Part shown: positions 1 through 11,753 of the stretch, in pieces
Position numbering within the stretch: the first letter of the stretch is position 1
Layout of the letters: each line of letters starts with the position of its first letter
NCBI GenBank assembly: GCA_002269645.1
Contig: NIVC01001178.1
Coordinates: forward strand, 248,001 to 312,000
DNA from: Macrostomum lignano
Taxonomy: Eukaryota
Length of the DNA stretch: 64,000 bases
Direction: 5' to 3'
Translations under genes and position numbers: made by a program
The notes under the pieces: generated by a model
What the model was told of the DNA's origin: nothing
The model's database searches: none
What the model saw: the letters and a program-made list of their open reading frames with translations, nothing else

Positions 1-1030
1 TCTGGAGTTTTTAGGATCTGGGAGACTGGCCCAGCAACTGAGGAGCTGGGAGGCTGGCCCAGCAACTGAGGAGCTGGGAGGCTGGCCCAGCAACTGAGGA
101 GCTGGGAGGCTGGCCCAGCAACTGCGGATCTGGGAGGCTGGCTTAGCAACTGGGGATCTGGGAGGCTGGCCCAGCAACTGAGGATCTGGGAGGCTGGCCC
201 AGCAACTGAGGATCTGGGAGGCTGGCCCAGCAACTGAGGATCTGGGAGGCTGGCCCAGCAACTGAGGAGCTGGGAGGCTGGCCCAGCAACTGCGGATCTG
301 GGAGGCTGGCTTAGCAACTGGGGATCTGGGAGGCTGGCCCAGCAACTGAGGATCTGGGAGGCTGGCCCAGCAACTGAGGATCTGGGAGGCTGGCCCAGCA
401 ACTGAGGATCTGGGAGGCTGGCCCAGCAACTGAGGAGCTGGGAGGCTGGCCCAGCAACTGCGGATCTGGGAGGCTGGCTTAGCAACTGGGGATCTGGGAG
501 GCTGGCCCAGCAACTGAGGATCTGGGAGGCTGGCCCAGCAACTGAGGATCTGGGAGGCTGGCCCAGCAACTGAGGATCTGGGAGGCTGGCCCAGCAACTG
601 AGGATCTGGGAGGCTGGCCCAGCAACTGAGGATCTGGGAGGCTGGCCCAGCAACTGAGGATCTGGCAGGCTGTCTGCCCAGCAACTGAGGATCTGGGAGG
701 CTGGCCCAGCAACTGAGGATCTGGCAGGCTGTCTGCCCAGCAACTGAGGATCGGGGAGGCTGGCCCAGCAACTGACACTCTGGGAGGCTGGCCCAGCAGC
801 TGAGGATCTGGGAGGCTGGCCCAGCAACTGAGGATCGGGGAGGCTGGCCCAGCAACTGACACTCTGGGAGACTGGCCCAGCAGCTGAGGATCTGGGAGGC
901 TGGCCCAGCAACTGAGGATCTGGCAGGCTGGCCCAGCAACTGAGGATCTGGGAGGCTGTCCTAGTAACTGAGGATCTGGGAGGCTAGAACAGCAACAGGA
1001 TCTGGGAGGCTGGCGCAGCAACTGAGGATC
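1..1030. repeat. 28-bp minisatellite (AGGATCTGGGAGGCTGGCCCAGCAACTG)n in MAD2 intron 2
   Basis: Direct tandem periodicity of 28 nt. The 479-1054 ORF is an artefact with a 28-aa (3x28 nt) period. Confidence 0.95.
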
Positions 1031-1102
1031 TAGGGTGGGGGTGCTCAACAACAAAACTTGGGGTGACAGTTGATCTATTCGATACAGCTAGAAGTAACTC
1101 AC

Positions 1103-4100
1103 GCTTCACTTGTTCCAATATCTTGATCAAATAGGCCTTAAGCTTCTCATCCGATGTCACAAGAACAGTGAGGCCATACTTCTGCTCAAACGAAAAGGAT
1201 TCGCTTGGATAAATGCCACGTTGGTAAAGGATGGAATTCACTGCATAATCTAAAATGATTTAAGAAAGTTTGGGCAAGGATGCAATATTTATTGACATTT
1301 TTGCATCAAATTCAAAAATCTTCTTTGTTGTTAAAACGAGGTGCCGTCGAAACCGGCGCGGGTCAGTTCCGAAGAACTCTGCCGCAGTTATATTTTGTAT
1401 TTGATCGAAAGAATTAAAAATATTTACAAGATTTCGATTTGAATATTTATACGAATATTGAAATAAAAATATACATATATAAAACTATTTTTCAATATTT
1501 TGCAGTATTTTGCACGCATTTGGGGATAAAAAAGAGGGGAGGGAAATCCCACACAAAGAAGGGATCTAATAAAAGCAGGACATCTAAAAAATACATGCTA
1601 GGTATTTGAAGGCCTATTGAGAATAAAAGCAAGACATTAAGGTAAAAAATAGAGATTAAAAATGCAATAGCGCATATTTGGATTTAGTTGTAAAAATAGA
1701 ATGAATATAGTAAAGGTGTAAAAAAGCAATTAGTGATATTTGTAGAGCAGTTGGGTAAAAAACACGGTTGGGAAAATTGTAAAAAGAAACGCGAGGAGAC
1801 ATAGAGATTACCTAATCAGTCCTAATGACTGATCAACCGATCTCCGTCTCAGGCAGCAAGTTTAGTTTTATTAGTTGCGTTTCAGAGCGTGGTCACTTCC
1901 GGTTTGGAAGGCTGGTAGCCAGCCTAACCCTGGGGTGGGATTCCCCTGTTTCTTTCCCGACGCCTCATGGCATCCCAGAGGACATTGAGGACGGGGGTTC
2001 GGCCCGGAGCCCGAGGGGCTTCCGGCTCAATGTGGAAGCTGTGGAGCTTGGCTGCCCTCATCTTGAGCAGCCAAGCCACCCCCAGCTGCTTGACCCTGTC
2101 TGCGAGCATCGGCATACCTGCCAGCTTGTGCAGGTATTCGATGCTGATGTAGGATGGCACACCATAGCAGATACGGAGAGCCAGGTTTTGGATTTTCTGC
2201 AATTTGATTTGGTTAGTCGCACAAATTTGGCTCAGGATTGGCGCTCCATAGGTGAGAGCGCTTTCTCCGTATGCCCTGTACAGCATTCTGAGGGTGGTGC
2301 TACTCAGCTTAGTCATTTTTGCAATTCTGCACAGTGACATTACAATGGCTCTGCTGGTATCTGCCATGTTGTCCACATGTTTGTTCAGGCAGAGGCTCTG
2401 GTCAAGGAGGACACCCAGGAATTTCACCTCCTGACAGTACGGAACCTCAGTGTCCCCCAGATACAGTTTGGGTCGCAAGTCCATGCGCCTAGTGGGTTTG
2501 TAGTTGAAAGCGATTGCTTTGCTTTTACCGGCATTCAGTCTAATGCCCTGTTTACCGCACCAGTCAAAGACTCGTCTGAGGTAGCTTTGAAGGGATGTTC
2601 GGAGCCCCGCAAAGGTGTCTGCTGAGGCCCAGACGGCCATGTCGTCTGCGAATTGACTGCGTTTGACGCTTGAGATGGTGGGAGTCGGCATTGAGCTGAC
2701 GAAGAGGAGGTACAGGAGAGGACTCAGAATGCCTCCCTGAGGGACGCCAGCCTGGATGGTGTGGGGATCGCTTAGGGCCCCCTCGATTCGAACCTGGATC
2801 TGTCTGTCTCGCAGGTAGTCAGACAGGATTCGCATGAGCATAGGTGGAAAACCATCGGTGAGCATGCTATGCCTGATCTTGTCGTGCCAGGTGGAGTCAA
2901 AAGCTGCCTCTGCATCCAGGAAGACTGCAGCGGACTTTTTAGCTTTGCACTTTGCTACCATGACATCTTGTGCCAGACGGCAGAGGTTGTCATACGTGGA
3001 GTGAATTTTGCGGTAGGCGCATTGGTCATCTCCTAGGGTCTTATTATCCTCAAGGTGCTTGGTGAGTCTTTTTGCTATAAGCTTCTCAAACACTTTGCCC
3101 AGACATGAGGTCAGGCTGATTGGTCTGTAGGAGTTGGGGTGTTCGGGCGGTTTGTCTGGCTTGGGGATCATTGTCACCACAGCTTTCTTCCAGGCGCTGG
3201 GGAAAATCCCTCGACCGTAGCAGGCGTTGAAAAGGTTAGTGAGTCTCGTGATTGCCACCCCCTCTAAGCCCAGCTTGAGGACGCAGTTGGGAATCTTGTC
3301 TAGCCCGGGTGCTCCATCAGGCCTGAGGTGCTCCAGTTCCCACACTGTGTCTGCCACAGAGAATGCAGCATCAAGTGGGTGGGTCTCGATGGGTTCGATT
3401 CCCTCAGGAACGGGGTAGAATGAGGTGAGCTGTGCCACATCGGCCACCTCACGTTTGAGCTGTTCGCATGTGGAAGGGACTGGGCGCATCTTTGAGTCCA
3501 GAGTCTCGGCTAGAAGGTTAGCCTTCTCCAGATCTGTGTGCGCAGTTGTTTGACCCAGGGTGAGGCTGGGGATGGAGGTTGGCTTAAATTTGCCCATCAG
3601 CTTTTTAGTGTCATGCCAGAAATTCTTCACTTTCTTGTTCTTGCTGTTTTCAACAATACTCTCACAGACTTTGGTGAGCTTTCCATTCTGGAAGGAGTTA
3701 ATTTCTCTCTTTATGCGATTTGCGAGCTGGTTTGCTTGGGTTTTGAAATTTTGATCCCGTGTGCTGAAGAAGAGGCGTCTGAGTCGTCTGCGCTCTTTGA
3801 TCAGGTCGAGGATGTACTTGGGTAGGGCGTTTTTGGCACCACAGTCTGGTACTGTGGAGTCAATCACGGTGTGAATGGCCTTTGTGATGTGATCCACTTC
3901 GGCATTGATTTGGTCAGCATTTGATAACTGAATATTCTGATCTGAGCTCAAAGCTTCACTGATTTTGAGTCTGAACTCGTCCCAGTTTGTTTTTGAGAAG
4001 TTTTTGGGTCTGGGGGGACCAGCCCATTTCTTCGACTGAATATTGAGCGTGAGGATTATAGGTAAGTGGTCACTGCCCAGGTCAGGACCCACCTCAAAGT

Positions 4101-7100
4101 CCTGCACAAATGGGAGAAAGTCCTCAGTGGCCAGGGCGAGGTCCAAGACATTCCTAGAAATCAGCCCTTTAAAAATCTTCTTTAAAAGTTAAACATTATG
4201 AGCAAAAGAAATATGATTACTCTACACACAAGAATAGGCTATAGACATCTGCTTCAATACCCATCCCACAACAATGCTTGAAAGTTCATTTAGTCTGATT
4301 AGCAGATTCTTATTTTCAGCAGTTAAATACCAAGTTATAAGAAATTTCTCAAGGCTATGAAATGCTACACAGAAGTTGAATGAGAGTAAAAGCAGATGGA
4401 AGAAGCAAAAAGCAAAAAAACAAGCAGCTCTAGCTTGAGTCCCAGCCTCAACAAATGAAATTTAGATGCAGAAAGATAATAAAAATTTATATTGTTTCTG
4501 TCAGTTTTGAATAGGATATGGAAAATTGGAGCAATGCTATGGAGGATTTAGTAAAAGAAATCACATTTTTAGTAGTTTTTTGCTAGGCACTTTTAGATAG
4601 GCAGAGTTTAAAGTAGAAAATTTTAGAGTAGCCTGAAACCTCTGTTAGTGGGTTTAGGGTAAGTTCAAAATTTGGTATTACTTGGTTAAACAGTTTAGAA
4701 GTCTATATGCCTAGTGAACAAATTTGTATATAAACAGATAAACACAAAGATTTTATTTTCATTCATGGATAGATACAAGCAATAGGAAGAATTAAATGTA
4801 AGAAAAAACGCCTAATGAATGATTTTTGTTCATTGATCAGTAATGGACCCTATTTTCCATTTGTTTTTATTAATTAATGTTTATAGAATAGATAATAACT
4901 TATAGATACTCATACAGTAGTATCTGTGCTATATGTAATATATTTTCAATATACCCCTAGTAGAGGCAAGAGTTGCAACTGATTGAAAACATATAGAAAT
5001 GTGGCATAATTCTTGTTTGCTGCATTTAATTATTTGTTGTAGGTCTAATTTCTTCTTACTCTATATATTTCAATCCTACCATTATGCCACCAGCTGTTGT
5101 AGGGATGATTGCTCTCACTGAAATTATCCCCCCTCCCGCTGAGTCACCAGCTGTTGTAGGGGTGATTGCTCTCACTGAAATTATCCCCCCCCCCGCTGAG
5201 TCACCAGCTGTTGTAGGGGTAATTGCTCTCACTGAAATTATCCCCCCCTCCCGCTGAGTCACCAGCTGTTGTAGGGGTAATTGCTCTCACTGAAATTATC
5301 CCCCCCTCCCGCTGAGTCACCAGCTGTTGTAGGGGTAATTGCTCTCACTGAAATTATCCCCCCCTCCCGCTGAGTCACCAGCTGTTGTAGGGGTAATTGC
5401 TCTCACTGAAATTATCCCCCCACTGAGTCACCAGCTGTTGTAGGGGTGATTGCTCTCACTGAAATTATCCCCCCCCGCTGAGTCACCAGCTGTTGTAGGG
5501 GTAATTGCTCTCACTGAAATTATCCCCCCCTCCCGCTGAGTCACCAGCTGTTGTAGGGATGATTGCTCTCACTGAAATTATCCCCCCCCCCGCTGAGTCA
5601 CCAGCTGTTGTAGGGGTAATTGCTCTCACTGAAATTATCCCCCCCTCCCGCTGAGTCACCAGCTGTTGTAGGGGTGATTGCTCTCACTGAAATTATCCCC
5701 CCCGCTGAGTCACCAGCTGTTGTAGGGGTGATTGCTCTCACTGAAATTATCCCCCCACTGAGTCACCAGCTGTTGTAGGAGTGATTGCTCTCACTGAAAT
5801 TATCCCCTCCTGCTGAGTCACTAGCTGTTGTAGGGGTGATTGCTCTCACTAAAATTATCCCCCCACTGAGTCACCAGCTGTTGTAGGGCTACTTTTCTAT
5901 TTCCTATTGTTAAATATACTAAAGCTGCCGCCAAAGTTGTAACAGGGTTTATTTCTTCTTACTGATCTTACTGGTTATTAATTGTCTTTCTACTAGTAGC
6001 GCATGTACTTCTATTGGTAGTGTATGTACTTCTATTGTACTTTCTGGCCTAAGTGGTCTGATGGCACTATATCTCTAAATCTATATGTCCCCCAGTTCTC
6101 TCCTTTAGGTGGGTTTTTCTCAGTCCTAGGCATTCCTGGGATCAAAGGGTCACATCTTACTTGCTGGGTATTCTGCCCTGAGGCGGGTTTCTCAGACTCT
6201 GAGCCTGGACTTCTCTACCCTGTGGTAGGATCTCTGCCTTCTAAAGGCAATTTCTCAGATTCTGATCTGGATATCTCGTTCTTCTGAGAATGGTTTGAAC
6301 TCTCCCAATCTTAGGTTATTCCTAAGTCACTATAACTATCTACTACTTGAAATAAGTAACACGAGTGATTACAAGCCCAAAGCTGATTGGATTTTATCTG
6401 CAAAATAAGCAGGTAAGCACAATCAAAGCTTGAACCCAAAGGTAAAGAAGAAGTTTTTTGGTTAGGCCCCCAGATGGCCCCTATTTATAATAAAATTTCA
6501 TTACAGTTTTAAACAAATGATTGTATAGAAATATACAAAATATACAAAATATTTCTAGTAGTTTTCGAATTTTACAAATTTCTAAGAAATTTAAAAGTGT
6601 GTTTACTAAAAACAAAGCCTATTGCATATTTAATAATCTTATTTCACTTTTCAGCCTATCTGCTAAACCTACAATGGTTGGCAGACCCAGGGCACTTACA
6701 ACAATCATATTAGCAGCCAATCTAAGGCTACCCTAATGATTCCACAGTGCATACTAATAACCATTGAGGGGCTGTAGGCACATGTGAAGGACAAATTCTA
6801 GAGGATACGTGACACAAGTGGTGCACTGTTCAAAACTCACCTAAATGAGTATCTCTGGCCTAAACTCATTTGGTATTTATCCCTCAGCATAGTACAGAAT
6901 GTGCAGCTATCTTTGAGCATAGCTGTTTTTAAGATCCCAATCTTAATCAATTTTAATTTCAATCAATTTTAATAAATGTAATTTAACAAAAAAATATTAC
7001 TTAATTAACTTTTTATGCATGAATAAATTAAAACATTTTATTGCTTTTGCTTCTATTTATATCTCTTACTTTTATACACTTTGTTATATTGCATATTAGT

Positions 7101-9840
7101 TATGCACCATACAAACCATGGTAAACTTATCAACACAGTTGACAAATAAAAAATTGACAAGTTTACCTAGATCCAAATTTTCTGGTAGGCCTATATATAA
7201 GATATATGGCCTAATTGGCCTTTGTCTCTAGTACTGTCTCTTTTTGTGGAAAAATTGCACATTAGGCCCTATTATTGATTGTTAACTAGCCCAATGCTAA
7301 AAACTTTATTAAAATTAAAACTCTTTTTTTAATGTTATAATCAAAATAATTTAATGCAACAAACTAGAACTTTCCCAGAAATGTAATTTCTTGGCTTGAT
7401 ATATTCTGCTTTGTCAAATAATTATTAAAATATTTTTAATTTTTAGTATTAATTAGCTTAAAAATTATGGAATATTAATTATAACTTGTTTTCTTGGATA
7501 AAAATAACAAAAGTACTAATAACTTATTTTTTGACATGATAAATTGACCTAGTTAAATAGAAGGATCAAACCTAGAACTAGTCCTATGGCCTATATAAGC
7601 CATTGCCCATCATCTTCTAACAGGCCTTGGCTATCTATCATCCATACTTAGGAAGGTGGCCTGCACGCGGGAATTTTCCTGCGTGCACAAGCCACGCTAA
7701 AATTTTGGCATGCAAAGTTGGCGTGCAAATAGGGGTCTCAAGCCACGCCTAAATTTTCAGCGTACAAGTTTTTTACTTGGCATGTAACCTTGGAGTGCAA
7801 TTACCAGTGTTGGGCACTTCCGTTACCGAGTAACTTGTAAATGGTAACGCAAGTTACTTTTTCGTAAAGCGTTCCTTACGCAAGTTACTTTCCTATTTTA
7901 GTAACGGAGTAACGGTAAGTTACTCAAATTTCGAAGTCCGTTACAGTTACTTTGCAACAATCGCAATATTTAAATTTAAAACTGATATGCTTAGCTATTA
8001 CTCCAGTTGTCACATTTTTAGCATTTTTCATTCCTAAATTCAAAACTAAGTGAATAATATCATACGGTATTACGCTGTAATTAATAAAGAAATACTTGAA
8101 ACATGTTTTTACTTTGTTATTTTCGGTAAAATATTTTTGCTTTTCGCTTTTAAGTTAATAAAAATATTTTGTTTAGTTCTTAGAAACAAACAACCAAAGA
8201 AAGAAATTCATCTGTAGTCTCCACAAATCCACTCAGTGATCGACGTAGCCAGGAATTTTAATTGGGGGGGGGGCGGGTTGGCCTGGCTGGCCATGCCTCA
8301 TGCCATTGCCACTTTTAGCGCCGCAGGCACTCATTTTAGCGCCGCAAGCACTCATTTAAGCGCCGCAGGCACTCATTTAAGCGCCGCAGGCACTCATTTT
8401 AGCGTCGCAGGCACTCATTTAAGCGCCGCAGGCACTCAAATCGCCTCATGGTTTTTGGTACCCGCCACGCCCAACCCCACCCCCCCAGGTGGGGTGTCTT
8501 GCAGGTGGGGTGAAGTTGCCGCCCCAACGCTTGTTAAGGCGGCCTCCCTGGCTACACCACTAAAGTCCACTGGCACTGCACTGCACTGCACAATAATTTA
8601 ATATTATTATAATAATTGAAAATAAATAAAAAGACTAGTAAAGCAGACTATAGAGTGGAGTAAAGCCAGGTACTTATTACAAGCGATGTATTATCAAGGA
8701 CAACTGAAGTTACGTTAAGTTGTCCTTGTGTATTATAACTTATAGTGTTATTAAAAATTAAATTGCGTTTTGCCTTTATCGTTTCTGACCTTCAGCTTCT
8801 CTTCTTTTTACGGAAAGGGCCTAAAGTGATTAAAATTTAATACAGTTACTGAAATTAATGTTGTTTTATTCTTCCTCCTGGCTTTCGCGATCATTTGTGC
8901 TGTTCCAGCGCATTTGCAATGTTAAAAAAAGCAGAAAATTTTGTTAATAAACATAGGTAACGGAAGTAAGTAACGGAAGTAACTTAAAAGTTACCGGGTT
9001 TTTGTATAAAGTTACTAGGCTAACGTAAGTTACTTTTTAAAAAAGTGGTAACTTAAGTTACAGTAACGCAAGTTACTTTTTTTGAGTAACTTGCCCAACA
9101 CTGGCAATTACAAACTGACAGTAAATCAACAAGTTAGATATAGATGTATACACCAAATATATACAATATATAAAGTTAAACGTGAACAATTGAATTTGAA
9201 TATTGATTAAACCAACTAGTTGAGGCTACAGCCTAGCCTACAGCCAGGCCTACACTCTATAGCCTACATTAAAATTAAAATATCCAATAACTTTTAAACG
9301 CTCTTATTTTGTGACTCTTGTAGACTTTTAGTTTATTTGTTTCTTGAAATGTGAAGAAAAAGTTTTGATACTCACTATGTTCTTTGTAGCGAATTTCCTT
9401 TTTTTTATATAAACTTTGTTTAACATAAGTCATAAGTAGAAAATTTATTTAAAAATAGTGTCTAATACAGTATACACAATTTTCGGCATACATGATTTTT
9501 GGTATTTAAGATTTTTGGCGTGCAACAGAAATGTCATGTTAAGGGTTTTAAAAAATTGGCATACATTGGCGTGCACTAAGGATTTTTCCATAAATTGATT
9601 CCCGCGTGCACTTGCCACCTTCCTGACTATGGTCTATCATTAATGTATTTTTTATTGTAAATTTACATTTTTACTTTTTAGTATCAATTTAATAGACACT
9701 AAACTACAAAAAACCTTTAATTAGGCTATATAAAACTAAGTGAAGTCTTAACATGTTATGGACTTACAGAAAAATTCAGAAACCGTCTTTGTAGATCCTT
9801 TTAGTGTTATGGCGTGCTTTGTTTTCTGTGCGACAGGCAT
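1103..9840 (-). CDS. MAD2L1: Mitotic spindle checkpoint protein MAD2 (HORMA domain), exons 1-2; gene continues beyond window start
   Basis: Exon 1 9840-9768 (MPVAQKTKHAITLKGSTKTVSEFF, GTAAGT donor) joins in phase 1 to exon 2 1249-1103 (YYAVNSILYQRGIYPSESFSFEQKYGLTVLVTSD, TTTTAG acceptor, GTGAGT donor). ITLKGS..EFF..NSILYQRGIYP..QKYGL is the MAD2 N-terminus. Confidence 0.95.
1330..4153 (-). mobile_element. 5'-truncated non-LTR retrotransposon (APE-RT type, Jockey/I-like) in MAD2 intron 1, sense to the host gene
   Basis: Open frame 4152-1924 starts in the end of an APE endonuclease (NVLDLAL...GSDHLPI). It is followed by an AT-rich 3' UTR. The 3' boundary is approximate and no TSD was found. 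Confidence 0.85.
1924..4152 (-). CDS. LINE ORF2 (end of APE endonuclease plus complete reverse transcriptase), about 740 aa without stops
   Basis: RT motifs APGLDKI, MIPKPDK..SYRPISLTS, FLDAEAAFDSTWH, GVPQGGILSPLLY, QFADD, KFLGVLLD. Confidence 0.92.
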   Translation of the reverse strand, partial: NVLDLALATEDFLPFVQDFEVGPDLGSDHLPIILTLNIQSKKWAGPPRPKNFSKTNWDEFRLKISEALSSDQNIQLSNADQINAEVDHITKAIHTVIDSTVPDCGAKNALPKYILDLIKERRRLRRLFFSTRDQNFKTQANQLANRIKREINSFQNGKLTKVCESIVENSKNKKVKNFWHDTKKLMGKFKPTSIPSLTLGQTTAHTDLEKANLLAETLDSKMRPVPSTCEQLKREVADVAQLTSFYPVPEGIEPIETHPLDAAFSVADTVWELEHLRPDGAPGLDKIPNCVLKLGLEGVAITRLTNLFNACYGRGIFPSAWKKAVVTMIPKPDKPPEHPNSYRPISLTSCLGKVFEKLIAKRLTKHLEDNKTLGDDQCAYRKIHSTYDNLCRLAQDVMVAKCKAKKSAAVFLDAEAAFDSTWHDKIRHSMLTDGFPPMLMRILSDYLRDRQIQVRIEGALSDPHTIQAGVPQGGILSPLLYLLFVSSMPTPTISSVKRSQFADDMAVWASADTFAGLRTSLQSYLRRVFDWCGKQGIRLNAGKSKAIAFNYKPTRRMDLRPKLYLGDTEVPYCQEVKFLGVLLDQSLCLNKHVDNMADTSRAIVMSLCRIAKMTKLSSTTLRMLYRAYGESALTYGAPILSQICATNQIKLQKIQNLALRICYGVPSYISIEYLHKLAGMPMLADRVKQLGVAWLLKMRAAKLHSFHIEPEAPRAPGRTPVLNVLWDAMRRRERNRGIPPQG
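5088..5887. repeat. ~58-bp minisatellite, about 14 copies, each containing a 9-bp-stem hairpin
   Basis: Unit CCAGCTGTTGTAGGGGTAATTGCTCTCACTGAAATTATCCCCCCCTCCCGCTGAGTCA with a variable C-run. Confidence 0.93.
6370..6870 (+). pseudogene. Decayed Merlin/IS1595-like DDE transposase C-terminus with an intron (6413-6654)
   Basis: Spliced reading ILSAK*A|AY resembles Merlin I.SD.W.AY. Downstream TIEGL*AHVKDKF*RIRDTSGALFKTHLNEYLW resembles the T.IEG.W...K.....G......L.E..W tail. In-frame stops and frameshifts are present. Confidence 0.5.
7805..9103. mobile_element. Non-autonomous hAT element nested in the outer element
   Basis: TIRs CAGTGTTGGGCA / TGCCCAACACTG. Perfect 8-bp TSD GCAATTAC (7797-7804, 9104-9111). 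Many subterminal GTAAC/GTTAC motifs. Confidence 0.9.
8234..8562. mobile_element. Small MITE (third nesting level) carrying ~6 copies of a 21-bp repeat
   Basis: Ends CAGTGATCGACGTAGCCAGG / CCTGGCTACACCACTA. Near-TSD AATCCACT / AGTCCACT. Internal GGCACTCATTTTAGCGCCGCA array at about 8313-8437. Confidence 0.65.
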
Positions 9841-10148
9841 TATGAAATTATAGCTTCAAATGATTGATTCGCAACGATGTTCGTATCAAGCATTCAATAG
9901 TGATACTAAGAGATATCCAGCCTAGTCGAATGTGTAACTCCAACGATGGTCGAGCAGGCAAGGCGCAGCGGTCCGCGGACCTGCACGTGTAGAAATGAAA
10001 GTTAAATAAATATTACTGAGTATATTCTAAAATATTGTACAAAATAATTTCATAAAAAAAACTAAGTTTGCACTATATATACTAGATAAGCAATTTCTAG
10101 GATTTAAGAATAAAAAACAATCGCGTAAACGCTTGTTAATTTAATATT

Positions 10149-10175
10149 GCGCGAAATCTCCCGCACTTTTTCAAA
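10149..10175 (-). promoter_or_regulatory. Candidate CHR plus E2F/CDE cell-cycle elements upstream of MAD2
   Basis: Minus strand reads TTTGAA-aaaagt-GCGGGA-ga-TTTCGCGC about 310 bp upstream of the MAD2 ATG. These are short motifs, so this is inference only. Confidence 0.35.
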
Positions 10176-10939
10176 ACTCAATGCTGGCTAAAGCCTGTTT
10201 CTGAATTAGAAATCTCAGTTGCTGCTTACCCTTCATATTATTTCATGTTCAATTATCAAGGTACCGGTAATTAACCTGTCCCTGCCTTTCATTCTCTCCA
10301 CTCTTCTGTACTACACCGCTTTGTCGATCGATCCCCTCAATCGATCGATCCTTCCGATTTCCTCCTGCTTGACTCACCAGTTGCTAGCTAATCCCGGGCC
10401 TTTTTGCTTCCTACCTTTAGCAGAGTTTCTTACTTTTAGCATAGATTAACTTTATAGAAAGTCTGATATCATATGTACAGATGTCTATATGCGTACATGA
10501 ATCCATAATATAACTTAATTCACTTTTATGCAACGCTAATCCAGTCAGGAACACGCCAAAAAGGACTCGCGGTTTCATAGGATTGAACCATTCATGAACC
10601 ATAGTGTTTTTGCACTAAATGCATTTAATGTAATTGACGCGACAATAAATTTAACAAAATAATAAAACTACAATACAATAATTGAGACAATTTACTAAAT
10701 TAGGACAATAAGTACTTTGCCATTTTGGCATGCATGTGTGATATATTTTAAAGGTTTTATTAGTATAAACGATTTTAATACGAAGTAAAACAATTTAATT
10801 AAACTATATTTGTGATGTACTATTTAATTTCTATTTCTGAAATACTTAGTCACAAATAATATATTTATATGGATTCTTATGAAATATACAGACAAAAACC
10901 AATTTAAATGAAAAAAATTTTAGGCTCAAACTAACATTT

Positions 10940-11753
10940 TGTGACGTTGTCAGTTTAAGGTGGTCCCGAAAAGGGCCGTTGGACTGCTGTTTCTCTATAG
11001 TTTCAACCCTTCAGTTTCACCGTTTCAACTAAACTTTTCCATTTGTTTATTGCGACGTTTACTTGTAGTAGTGCCCAACGATTTTGTGGCAATTTCTAAT
11101 TCACTGTATATTTTGCTATCCTCTCTCGCGACCGTATAAAATTGGCACGATCGATAATTTTAAGTTCTCTCGCCAGCCAATGAAATCACTCGTGCTCGCG
11201 CTACCCCCCTCTGCGCTCTTTTATTAAACCCCCCGCCTGGCGGCGGGCACTCCACTCCCCTCGCTCTCTCTCGCTCTCACTCCCTGTCTGTCCTTGGCCT
11301 TGTGTGTGTTTTTGCGTTCCTGTCTGGCTGCCTCGAGCCTCCTTTTTTCTCACCACGGCCCCTCTGCCTGGGCCAGCCTGCTCACACACTTACTTGACTG
11401 TCTCACGCCACGACCGACGCCAAACTCGCCACTACGTTTCACTGCCTTCACGGTGCTCATAGCCACTGCTCACGTCACATCGCCATTGTGTCATTCGCCT
11501 GCCACTTGACTTCATATCCAAATTATATTCAACCCATTGTTGCAGCCGCCAGTGCCCAGAAAGCTATAGTCTGTTTATTGCCAGTAACAACCAAACGTAA
11601 TACTGATATTAACAATAAAGACAACTACGGCAGTTCCTGCCTTTATCGCCAAGTGCTCCGCTACACCATCCACTTCGCCTGAGTTGACTTCAACTTATTT
11701 TGGGACTAAAACGGCCCTTTTAAGGGTCACGGCCAACATCAAATAACGTGACA
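10940..11753. mobile_element. Solo-LTR-like or short-TIR insertion (814 bp)
   Basis: Ends TGTGACGTT...AACGTGACA (TG...CA) with extended imperfect IR (AAAAGGGCCGTT / AACGGCCCTTTT). 4-bp ATTT direct repeat on both flanks. AATAAA on the minus strand. GC-richer than its flanks. Confidence 0.55.

Larger units (their letters stand above)
7642..9632. mobile_element. Non-autonomous hAT-like DNA transposon (outer element)
   Basis: ~33-bp imperfect TIRs CCATACTTAGGAAGGTGGCCTGCACGCGGGAAT / ATTCCCGCGTGCACTTGCCACCTTCCTGACTATGG. Perfect 8-bp TSD TCTATCAT (7634-7641, 9633-9640). Confidence 0.85.

Noticed and set aside
1360-1390. AAEFF on the minus strand as MAD2 exon 1
   Set aside because: No GT donor and no ITLKGS upstream; the true exon 1 is at 9768-9840.
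4154-6360. Upstream exons supplying the missing LINE endonuclease N-terminus (spliced LINE)
   Set aside because: No GDFN-type APE motifs found upstream; simple 5' truncation is more parsimonious.
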